From positions 3,616,001-3,680,000 of the forward strand of contig CAVUDP010000002.1 in the NCBI GenBank assembly GCA_963740315.1: DNA of 64,000 nucleotides, given 5' to 3'. Each line of letters begins with the position of its first letter. The stretch's first letter is position 1. Under the pieces are notes generated by a model. That model was not told the origin of the DNA and made no database searches. It saw only the letters and a program-made list of their open reading frames with translations. This DNA is from an uncultured cyanobacterium (lineage in GTDB: Bacteria > Cyanobacteriota > Cyanobacteriia > Cyanobacteriales > Nostocaceae). Below are positions 30,575 to 39,791 of this stretch, in pieces. The position numbers and the translations under genes are program-made.

Positions 30575-33151
30575 TCAACTTACAACAGTTCCCCGAGTCA
30601 CACCCAATTGACTTTGTAAATTTAATTCTCGCCACAATTGATAACCTTTAATTTCACCGTTAATTAACTGTTGATATCTATATATAGTTTGCTCGACTTC
30701 TTCGGGACTTTCGTTAACAAATTCAATCCGAAAGTGTTGCAAACCCAATTCTAAAAGTTTGTGTACGTACTCCGCACCAGTTTGAGCGGTACCGTTAAAT
30801 ACCGTATTGCGACAACCAGCGTCAGCTTGTAAAACGTGTTCCGTTCCGACTCTATCCTTAATTTTTACCTCATATTCTTCACAAGGTCTTCCACAATTGC
30901 GGAAGTCGGTACCTTCGGAAAGAAAAGCACAAAAAACGCAATGTTCCATGTGAAACATCGGCATATGTTGATGTATTGTTACTTCATACCAATCGGGAGG
31001 AGAGGTTTTTAATAAGTCTTGGAGTTGATGAATATTTAAATCGTAAGAAGCGGTAAGACGTTCTAAATTAAACTTGTTTTTGAAATAGTCTGCTGTTAAA
31101 CCATTAGCGACATTCAGCGAAAAATCTCCAATACATTTTTGATCGGCAAAGTACTTTAAATGGTCATAATTACGAATCAAATAACCATCAGCATTAGAAG
31201 CAATTACCTGTTGTAAAATCCAATTTTCAGAAGGTTTCGTAATTCTTGGTGCTGCTACCCAAATTTGAGGATAGTGAAAATCACCTTTAACCTTTGACAT
31301 GCAGACCTTTGACCTTTTTAACAGCTTCTTTATACTTTCTGGAGTCTTCAAATTCGCAATATATAGTTGTGATTCCGGTTTTAATTGCTGCTTCTAACTG
31401 ATTTAAATTTATAACTAAAACGATTAAATTTGCAGAACTACTCTCAACAAACTCTTTATTTTCTTCCTCTGCGTACTCTGCGCCTCTGCGGTTTTTTAAT
31501 CCATAATCTTGAAAACCAACAGAAGAAATAAGTAAATCTTTGAAAGAAGCGTTTTCATTAACTACCCATCTTTTAGGCTGACTTCTCAATTCTTCCAACT
31601 TAACTACAATTTCCCGACGCATTTTATTTAATTCACTCACCGGCAACATCAATTCACCATTAATGCAATTAGTCAATTCTTTTAAAGAAAAAGGAGTATT
31701 ACCCAAACGTCCGAATTGTTCTTGCAAACGTTCTGTAGTTAAAGGTTTATTATGGGCTTCTACTAATTTAATTGTGGATTCAACCTTTACTAAATGACCG
31801 ATTTCATCGCGAGCGATCGCCACTAAATTTTGTCCAACTTCCCCATGCACTTCTACATCAATCGGACGTTGAAACTTCGGATTCTCTCCCGCAAAACTTT
31901 GTCTTAACTGCTTATCAAGTTCTGGATCTGAAGTTTTCCATAATTTATCACCAACATGAATCCGTTTTGAATTTAAATTACCTTTGCCAAAAGTAAGTAC
32001 AACATCCTTACCTTGATTTTCCACCCCATAAATTCTGCCACCTTCCTCCTTCGCTTCCGGTTGCCCGCAATCAAACACAACACCATCACCGGGTTTGATT
32101 GGGATGGAGAGGTTATGTATAACGTCTCTACATATCGTTACCTTTTCCTTATTAATGCGTTTAACTTCTCCCAAATAAACCCCACGCTTCTTACCAAACC
32201 GAGCGTGAACCAATTCTTGATTGTTAATTCCCTCAAACCATCCCGTATAAATTCCCCGCGAAAACGCCATTTCCAGATTGTATTTTTCTCGATCCCCCCC
32301 TTTATAAGGGGGGCTAGGGGGGATCTCTTTCTTCAACCTATCCAAAGTATCGCGATAAACCTTAGTCACATTCGCTACATACTCCGGCGACTTCAAACGT
32401 CCTTCAATTTTTAAACAACTGACTCCAGATTTCACCAAATCCGGCAGAACATCAAGCCCCGCCAAATCTTGAGGACTGAGAAGATATTTGCGATCGCCCA
32501 ACTCAACAACTTCCCCATCTGCGATTAACTCGTAGGTCATGCGGCAAGCTTGGGCACATTCACCACGGTTAGCCGAACGTCCTCCCAAGGCTTCACTAGT
32601 CAAACATTGTCCGGAATAAGCAACGCACAAAGCACCATGAACAAAAACTTCCAAAGGTAAGGTTTCATTTGTCTGCTGCTGTATCTTCTTAATTTCCTGA
32701 ATCGAACATTCCCGCGCCAACACCACCAAATTACAACCTAGCTCCTTCGCAAACTCTACCCCAGCAGCACTAGTTACCGTCATCTGCGTAGATGCATGGA
32801 TGGGAAAGTCGGGTGAAATGTGGCGAATCAAACGACAAATACCGACATCTTGAACGATAACCGCATCAACTCCAGCAGCAATAATTGATTTTATATAGCG
32901 CTGTGCTTGTTTTAATTCTTGGGGAAAAACTAGCGTATTTAAGGTAACGTAACCCTTGACTCCTCGGAGGTGAAGAAACTGCATTAACTCCGGTAAATCT
33001 GCTTCGGTGAAATTTTCCGCTCGCATTCTAGCGTTGAACTTATCCAAACCAAAGTAGATCGATCAGCACCATTTTCTACAGCAGCAAGGGCGCATTCCCA
33101 ATTACCAGCAGGAGCGAGAAGTTGAGGTATTTGTAAAGAGTCGGTTGTCAT
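30575..33151 (-). pseudogene. U32 peptidase family protein with DUF3656 region (RlhA-like), split by two frameshifts
   Basis: QLLAPAG...GAD/IYFG lacks 1 nt near 33060; HASTQM, EVFVHGALC.AYSGQC, NRGECAQACR and LKIEGR are present; second shift near 31315 before QIWVAAPRI...HCVFC. Confidence 0.85.
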
Positions 33152-33258
33152 AGCGGGTAGAAATGAGATAACAACATTGCGATCGTATCATTGGTGGTGG
33201 GGGATGGTGAAATATGCCATAAGCATATAGTCTGTTTTAATGACAGTTATAAATAAAA

Positions 33259-34026
33259 ATGGATGATATTCAATTACAGTTATATCAAATAGTTAGTAAT
33301 TTAAAACCCACTCAAATAGCTCTTCTTCTTGAAATGGCAAGAGCTATGACAGTAGAGATTGAAGAGTACGTTAATGAAAGTAGTGACATTATCTCTCCTG
33401 AATTTGCTACAAATTTTTCTAATCGTCTTTTAATTCATCATGCTACTCATGCTGATAAATTTGCTAAGAAAGCATTTGAATACGCTTTTGCTAATGCATC
33501 AATTGCAACAGGTAAATCAGCACAAGTAGTCTTCAGTTCAACTAATCCAGGTACAGATGTTGTCGTAGATGGAGTAAATTTTTCACTTAAAACGGAAGCT
33601 TCAGCACGTATTAATAGAAAAAAGATTACAATTTCAAAATTAATGGAAGCTCGATGGATTCGAGAATGTAATAATAAAGAAGATTTTGCAAATGGTGTAG
33701 CAACTCGTGTTGTCAGCCATTTACAACAATACCAACGTATTTTGATATTAAGAGGATATAATCTGTCTCGAAATCTAATCAAATACGAATTAATAGAGAT
33801 TCCCCACAATTTATTCTTAGAAATCATAAATTTGACTCCAAGCGACTTTACAGAAAAAACTGCAAGCGGTAGTTGTCGAGCTTATGTATACATCGGTGAT
33901 AATAAAGCGTTTACTTTAAGCTTAGATGGCAGCGTTGAAAAAGTTACAATTTTAGGTTTAGATACTAATTTATGTTTTTATCACGCTTCGTGGATTATTC
34001 CAACCGTTACTGAAGAACGGGATTAA
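33259..34026 (+). CDS. Putative Type II restriction endonuclease (module 1)
   Basis: 255 aa; PD-(D/E)xK-like NPGTDVVVDGVNFSLKT; convergent with, and overlapping by 20 bp, a C5-MTase. Confidence 0.65.
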   Translation: MDDIQLQLYQIVSNLKPTQIALLLEMARAMTVEIEEYVNESSDIISPEFATNFSNRLLIHHATHADKFAKKAFEYAFANASIATGKSAQVVFSSTNPGTDVVVDGVNFSLKTEASARINRKKITISKLMEARWIRECNNKEDFANGVATRVVSHLQQYQRILILRGYNLSRNLIKYELIEIPHNLFLEIINLTPSDFTEKTASGSCRAYVYIGDNKAFTLSLDGSVEKVTILGLDTNLCFYHASWIIPTVTEERD

Positions 34027-35266
34027 ATAAAGATAACTGAAAATAAGATGTTTCCTTCGATACCGTTTGAATATCTTCGTCTGTTAAATGCGTATTTGGA
34101 AGAATAATTGAGTTAATTGATGGTTTGCGATCGCTTAAAATCCATTCACAAAGTTTTGCTAACTGATATGAAATAAGCGGAGGAACAGCATCTCCTATTT
34201 GTCTGTAAATATTTGATATGCCAGGAGCAATAAATTTATAATCTTTAGGAAATCCTTGAAGAATAGACATTTCTCTAATTGTACAAAGACGATTTTGTTC
34301 GGGATGAGCGTAACGTCCATTGCCAATATGGGAACATTCCCGTTTAATTGTTACAGCAGGTTTATCCCAGCATAAACGCCCATAGACATCCGGATGGGAG
34401 CCAAATTTACCTTGAGCAATATAACGTAGCATTGCAGGAGTTAAAACTTCTTTTGCTTCTGGATAATCTTTAATATCTCTCCAAGAGCCTCCATTTTTGG
34501 GAATTAACTGCAATCGTCTTAAATTTGTTAGGGAAGAGAAATTAGGTGCAAAATGTAAAGCATCATCTGGATGAGCTTTTCCTGCATCTACGGGTGGCAA
34601 ATTAGAAATAGCTCTTCTAACATGAGTAGCTTCTAAATCAACTGTAAAACCAGCCCATAATTCATCCAAAGTTCTTAGCTGTAAATCTTTTTTAACTGCA
34701 ATAACAAATGCTCTTTCTCTACGTTGCGGAAGTCCAAATTTATTAAGTAAATGAACTTCACTGTAAATGTTATACCCAAGCTTAACAAGTTTTTCTTGAA
34801 GCTTTTTGTAATGATGAGTAAACTTTCCAACTATTAATTCTCTAGCGTTTTCCATCAAAAAAATCGTAGGTTTAAATTCCTCTACGAACAAACCACAACG
34901 AGTCACTAGGGAATTACGAGAATCATCCACAATATGATTATTTGGCAAAGTTCTGGAAAACCCGGTACAAGGAGGACAAGCAATTAAAACAGTTGGCGTT
35001 TTATTAGCTAAAGATGAACCGATAATATGACTTAAAGTCTTAGGCTCTAATAATCTAAGATCGGCGTTTATAGGTTCTATACCGATATTTTCTTGATAGC
35101 TAAGATTACAATTTAATGAACCTTTACTACTACTTGGTTTAGCAATTTGAGTATCGACAGCAGCCACTACTTGAAAATTTGGATGAGCGTGAAAACCATA
35201 ACTCATACCTCCCGCACCTGAAAATAAATCTATTACAGTCCATTTATTATTTAAAGTCTTTTGCAT
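34007..35266 (-). CDS. DNA (cytosine-5)-methyltransferase (module 1)
   Basis: Motif I DLFSGAGG, IV PPC, VI EN(A), VIII PQRRER, IX/X TIREM..LQGFP and QIGDAVPP. Confidence 0.95.
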   Translation of the reverse strand: MQKTLNNKWTVIDLFSGAGGMSYGFHAHPNFQVVAAVDTQIAKPSSSKGSLNCNLSYQENIGIEPINADLRLLEPKTLSHIIGSSLANKTPTVLIACPPCTGFSRTLPNNHIVDDSRNSLVTRCGLFVEEFKPTIFLMENARELIVGKFTHHYKKLQEKLVKLGYNIYSEVHLLNKFGLPQRRERAFVIAVKKDLQLRTLDELWAGFTVDLEATHVRRAISNLPPVDAGKAHPDDALHFAPNFSSLTNLRRLQLIPKNGGSWRDIKDYPEAKEVLTPAMLRYIAQGKFGSHPDVYGRLCWDKPAVTIKRECSHIGNGRYAHPEQNRLCTIREMSILQGFPKDYKFIAPGISNIYRQIGDAVPPLISYQLAKLCEWILSDRKPSINSIILPNTHLTDEDIQTVSKETSYFQLSLFNPVLQ

Positions 35267-35442
35267 ATAAAAATATTCGTCGTTGATGACTATAACTATT
35301 AAAAGGTTTCTTTTTTATTTAATTGTTGATGGAATGCAACTATTAATTGATAAAAAATATTTTAATGCATTTGCAAAAAATAATCCATAAATATTTTTTT
35401 CATAGATTATTGAAAACAGCATGATATTTTTTAATAATTGAA

Positions 35443-36372
35443 TTATGGCAATCCCCAAACTTTCATACAGCCCTCTTCACTCCAGCTAACAATAGTTAAT
35501 TCATCCGGGCTGATAGCAACACGACGAATTTCACATGAATGTCCTTTCAAAGTGCAAATTCTTTCACCAGTTACGAGATTAAATACTTTTATCGAATTAT
35601 CAATATCAGCACAAACTAAAATTTTTCCATTAGAAGTCATGGATGTAGGTATTGATTCCGGAAATCGAACACTAGAATATTTAATATCAAAACTATTAAC
35701 TATCTGGTTTGTGATTAAATCCCAAACTTTAACATATTCATCTCTACTACCGCTGACAATAAGCTTGCCATCAGAATTAATAGCAACAGAATCGATAACT
35801 TGACGACGGGGTATATTGAAAGTGGGAACTTCTTGATATGTTTGCAAATTCCATACTTTGGTTTCGTAATTATGAACTTGACTAATTAAAGTTTTTCCGT
35901 CAGGGCTGATTATGAGATAATTAACTTTGTAAGTATGCCCGTTTAGCTTACGAATAAGTTTACCTGTTGGTAAATCCCATATAGATATAGCCTTTTCATC
36001 TTCTAAACTCCCACCAACAAACAAAGTTTTTCCATCGGGGCTAATAGCTAGAGGAGCTGATTTTCCTGCATGAAAACGCTTAAATAATTCTGCTGTTAAT
36101 AAATCGGATATCTCAATCCAACCATCATAATTAGTAACGAAAGTTTCTAAATCTGGATTAACAATTAGGCTAAAACCTATAGTGTATTTATAGAGATGCT
36201 TTGATTGGCAAATTAGCTCACCTTTGGATAAATCCCAAACTCTAAGAATAGAGTAACAGCTACTTACAAGAATTTGTCCATCGGGGCTAATAGTTAAGGC
36301 ATTTATATGTTCTGGATGATCTTCTAATGTATGAAGGCATTTAAAAAGCGGATAAATATAATGTTCTGTCAC
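35443..36372 (-). CDS. WD40 repeat beta-propeller protein
   Basis: Repeated AISPDG...WDL and LKGHS units. Confidence 0.9.
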   Translation of the reverse strand: MTEHYIYPLFKCLHTLEDHPEHINALTISPDGQILVSSCYSILRVWDLSKGELICQSKHLYKYTIGFSLIVNPDLETFVTNYDGWIEISDLLTAELFKRFHAGKSAPLAISPDGKTLFVGGSLEDEKAISIWDLPTGKLIRKLNGHTYKVNYLIISPDGKTLISQVHNYETKVWNLQTYQEVPTFNIPRRQVIDSVAINSDGKLIVSGSRDEYVKVWDLITNQIVNSFDIKYSSVRFPESIPTSMTSNGKILVCADIDNSIKVFNLVTGERICTLKGHSCEIRRVAISPDELTIVSWSEEGCMKVWGLP

Positions 36373-36414
36373 AGATTATTTCACTTAATACTATTGAAAA
36401 ATACGTTTTATAGT

Positions 36415-36473
36415 TAAACCGCATCATCATCACTTTCCAACTCAACCACTTCAAACTTCACCTTTTTCTAAAT
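36415..36473 (-). repeat. Copy of a Uma2 gene 3' end (direct repeat of 39146-39209)
   Basis: 24-bp identical core CAACTCAACCACTTCAAACTTCAC at 36438-36461 and 39172-39195; reads KVKFEVVELESDDDAV* on the minus strand. Confidence 0.85.
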
Positions 36474-36782
36474 ATATTCTTAATAAGAGTTTATTGTCAT
36501 GATTAGTTTGCAATAAAATATTTCTTTTGTCTGGTTTGACTAAAAGTTCATCAATTTTTGATGATTCTCTTGATTCGGTTTCATCTCCTTTTGCAAGTGC
36601 TTTAGCCAAAGACTAATGTGTTTTGAAGAAGTACGTCTAAAGTTAAATTATCAGGTCTAATATTCATGTGATTACCCTGTTAATACTACTGCTGCAAATT
36701 GTAGTATAGCTTACATAAATATGGTTTCAGTACATACTGATAAGAACTGCTAGTCTGGTTTGAAAAAAATATATCTACTTTT

Positions 36783-36815
36783 TGAATACTTTAGTCTGTA
36801 GAACTATTGTCTACA
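36783..36815 (+). promoter_or_regulatory. Putative C-box operator upstream of the controller gene
   Basis: ATACTTTAGTC-TGTA-GAACTATTGTC resembles the GACTnnnAGTC-TGTA-GACTnnnAGTC C-box layout, about 20 bp before the ATG. Confidence 0.6.
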
Positions 36816-36834
36816 AAGATTTAACTTATGACTT

Positions 36835-37077
36835 ATGCAACTTGGTAAGTTAGATAGCTATTTAGGACAAGAAATACAGCGTCGTCGTGCAGAAAAAGGT
36901 TGGTCACAGGAGTATTTAGCAGAAATTACAGGTCTGCATAGAACTTATATTAGCCAGCTTGAACGCGGTTTAAAAAGTCCTTCTATACGAGTTCTTAGTC
37001 ATATAACGGGAGCTTTGGAAGTGAAGATGAGTGAATTTTTAAAAGGAGTAGAGGAAGCTTTGAGTGCTGACGAGTGA
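36835..37077 (+). CDS. Restriction-modification controller (C) protein, XRE HTH
   Basis: WSQEYLAEITGLHRTYISQLERG.KSPS; overlaps the downstream endonuclease gene. Confidence 0.88.
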   Translation: MQLGKLDSYLGQEIQRRRAEKGWSQEYLAEITGLHRTYISQLERGLKSPSIRVLSHITGALEVKMSEFLKGVEEALSADE

Positions 37078-37813
37078 AGAAATTGAAAGATTAAGAAAGG
37101 CAATAATAGCGACAATAGCATCTCCAGTTATTGGTTCTATAGAAGATTACGCATGGGAAGCTATTTTTCATTATGTTAAGAACCTTTCAATGTTAGATCC
37201 AGCATTAGGACGTAGTAAATTTCTATATGATGCTGTTCATAGAGAAAATGCGATTGGTTGGTCGTTGAAGTCTCTTCAAAAAACTTATCTTTTAGTTGGA
37301 AGTTCTTTTTCATTTGTAATTCAAAGAGCGGATGTTATCAAAAAAGCAGATTTACTTGGTTTCCCTGGGTTGACAGAAAAATCTTCACCTCAAGATATTG
37401 GAGCCGCTATTATTAAACATTGGAATGAAAAAATTATTACCAGTCGTTTAGCACAAGATGTCAGAACTAGTTCCGAAGGAATACTTCTAAAAACCATCAA
37501 AGGTACAGAATATGTTTATTGTGAATTTTCTTTAGAAACATTAGAAGCAGATGCTTTTTCATGGAATTGGACAACAGATAGAAAAACTGGTAAGTCAGGT
37601 GCTGGTTTACAGGGAAGCATCGAAGGAAACGTAGAATTAGTCTGGTATAAAAATCAAAAACAGCTTTTTAGAACTAGAACTATTCCCGAACAAGCAACTC
37701 GTATAACTGTCAAAAGATATCGCCTTAATCCTACTGAGTATGTGGAAACTATTTTGTCATCTTTAGAGCAACAATCTATGCAAGAGTCTTTTGATGAAGA
37801 CAATTCTCCTTAA
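37064..37813 (+). CDS. Putative Type II restriction endonuclease (module 2; FspI-like from memory)
   Basis: YDAV...GWSLKS PD-(D/E)xK-like motif; sits between a C gene and a convergent C5-MTase; resemblance to R.FspI is recalled, not searched. Confidence 0.75.
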   Translation: MLTSEEIERLRKAIIATIASPVIGSIEDYAWEAIFHYVKNLSMLDPALGRSKFLYDAVHRENAIGWSLKSLQKTYLLVGSSFSFVIQRADVIKKADLLGFPGLTEKSSPQDIGAAIIKHWNEKIITSRLAQDVRTSSEGILLKTIKGTEYVYCEFSLETLEADAFSWNWTTDRKTGKSGAGLQGSIEGNVELVWYKNQKQLFRTRTIPEQATRITVKRYRLNPTEYVETILSSLEQQSMQESFDEDNSP

Positions 37814-38924
37814 GTAAAGATGCAGCTATTGCTTTAGAAAGCATTGGAGGAACAGATTCTCCAATTTGAGCAGCCATATTTGTATATGACCCTATAAAGT
37901 GAAAAGTATCGGGATATGAATGTAATCTTGCTGCTTCTCGGATTGTGATAGTTCTATTCTGAGTGGGGTGAAAAAATCTTCCAGAACCAGGATGGAAGAC
38001 CCATTTTGTAATTGTTTTAGCAGGTTTATCCCAAAATAATCTTCCATATGCACCGCTGTAATGCTTTTTCGGAGCTAATTGTGGTGGTAAGTTCCTTGCA
38101 TCTTCTCCTTCTTTTAAGACCTTGGCTCTAGCCATTTGAATCGGACTTAAAGCACGTGCAATATGATTAACAATTTTTTGACTACCGTTACGCATTAATA
38201 ATTGATAACTACTTTGAGCAGGATAAGGATAAAATTCATTAATATAATCTTGACCAGCTTCTAAGGGAGGTAAATCTTCTATTGCGTTCCTAACAGTAAT
38301 AATTGGATTAAGAGATGACCCAAATATGCTCAATTGTAGCTCACAATCCGTTTTCACCAATTGATGTGTTGGTTCTGGAATTGATGCTGCTTGACTATCT
38401 AGAGTTGCGATAAAAAATGCTCTCGATCTCGTTTGCGGTACCCCGTAATCTGCTGCATTTAAAGATGCGGATGTAACTTTATATCCAATCGACTCTAATT
38501 CAGCGTGTATATCATTTTTGACCGTACCATTATATGCTTTTAATATTTCAGGTACGTTTTCCATTACAACGTATAGAGGTCTAAATTCATTTACATACTC
38601 TAAAAAAGTTTTATATAAAAGATTGCGGGGGTCACTTAAATATCGATACTTAGCTGTGACATTGCGGGAAAAACCTTGACAAGGAGGACCACCTATCAAA
38701 GCAGTTAGTTGTTCTTTTTTTAACCCTAATAATAATCTTAATTCTGAAGGATTAATTTGTTGAATATCTTGATGAATAATACGTGCTTCTGGATAGTTGT
38801 GCTGGTACGTCGCCAAAGCTTTATTGTTAATATCAATAGCACATAAGGACTTGAAACCAGCCATATGAAATCCTGTTGACAAGCCACCCGCACCTGCAAA
38901 TAAATCAATAATTGTATGTTTCAT
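37776..38924 (-). CDS. DNA (cytosine-5)-methyltransferase (module 2)
   Basis: DLFAGAGG, GGPPCQGFS, MENV, YGVPQTRSR, TIREAARL, QIGESVPP; start MKHT at 38924 (alternative ATG at 38948). Confidence 0.95.
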   Translation of the reverse strand: MKHTIIDLFAGAGGLSTGFHMAGFKSLCAIDINNKALATYQHNYPEARIIHQDIQQINPSELRLLLGLKKEQLTALIGGPPCQGFSRNVTAKYRYLSDPRNLLYKTFLEYVNEFRPLYVVMENVPEILKAYNGTVKNDIHAELESIGYKVTSASLNAADYGVPQTRSRAFFIATLDSQAASIPEPTHQLVKTDCELQLSIFGSSLNPIITVRNAIEDLPPLEAGQDYINEFYPYPAQSSYQLLMRNGSQKIVNHIARALSPIQMARAKVLKEGEDARNLPPQLAPKKHYSGAYGRLFWDKPAKTITKWVFHPGSGRFFHPTQNRTITIREAARLHSYPDTFHFIGSYTNMAAQIGESVPPMLSKAIAASLLKENCLHQKTLA

Positions 38925-38925
38925 A

Positions 38926-38951
38926 ACAATGAATACTAAAGTATTCATTGT
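38926..38951. promoter_or_regulatory. Perfect inverted repeat immediately upstream of MTase 2
   Basis: ACAATGAATACT-AA-AGTATTCATTGT (12-bp arms). Confidence 0.65.
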
Positions 38952-39120
38952 CAAAAAGCAAGTTATTTAATCGCTTCTTGTGAATGATCATCCAGACCAT
39001 GTTTATTTTCATTATTTAAGTCATAATTTATCCCTAGTAATTCTGTCCTCAATCCTTTTGTGGAATAACAAGCTTTTGAAGGTGCTTTAATAACTTTCCA
39101 ATTACCGTAAAATTCATTCA

Positions 39121-39390
39121 TTAAAGCACATTGACACTAATTAAGTAAACCCCATCATCACCATCACTCTTCAACTCAACCACTTCAAACTTCACTTTGT
39201 TATACAAATCTTGCAGCGAAATCTCAAAGGGTACGCTATTGAAGGTAATATTTTCATCTTCCTCATCATATTCGCACATCACCCATTGTTTCTTTCCAGT
39301 TTTAGAATACTGCTCGACACGAATTTTAGTTCGACCAATTAACAGATATTCTTGAAAAGATTCGATTGTACGATAATCAAATTTACCTTC
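39121..39390 (-). pseudogene. Uma2 (DUF820) family endonuclease, 3' fragment
   Basis: Manual translation: EGKFDYRTIESFQEYLLI...VEQYSKTGKKQW...FEISLQDLYNKVKFE; no N-terminal half or start codon. Confidence 0.85.
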
Positions 39391-39431
39391 AATGTTATGC
39401 GCTTGAAATAATCCTTAGTAAATAGTTCATT

Positions 39432-39498
39432 GGTGCGTGACGCTGTAAGTCTTATAACTACGCACAAAATTTATCTGCATGGTCACATACCCTACAAC
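39432..39498. repeat. REP-like element of the same family as 4770-4838
   Basis: GGTGCGTGACG...TAACTACG...TCACATACCCTACAAC shares its ends and the TAACTACG core with the 4770 copy. Confidence 0.6.
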
Positions 39499-39559
39499 TA
39501 AAAATCCAAAATCCAAAATCTAAAATCCCCCTCACTCCCACAATCTCCTCCCTTCTTTC

Positions 39560-39791
39560 CCCTTCAACTTCTGTGCCCGTACCCATTCAAGATGCTCTCA
39601 TGTATTAAGCCATGAATAGCCAAACAATCAAGATAATCTAGCTGCAAATCTTCCAACGATTTATTGATCCACCGACGCATTGGATCGGCACCAACTGTCG
39701 GTGGGATTTTACTGGTAACATACAACGAATCGCGGGATACAGACAGCCCAGCTTCGATCGCTTTACCTAAATACTCCTCACTTTTACCATA
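39560..39791 (-). pseudogene. Aldo/keto reductase internal fragment
   Basis: Manual translation: YGKSEEYLGKAIEAG...LYVTSKIPP...SLEDLQLDYLDCLAIHGL, then a frameshift; no start or end. Confidence 0.8.

Noticed and set aside
33259..39400. HIP1 depletion as proof of foreign origin
   Set aside because: I saw one GCGATCGC in about 6 kb against roughly one per 2 kb elsewhere; the counts are too small and were done by eye
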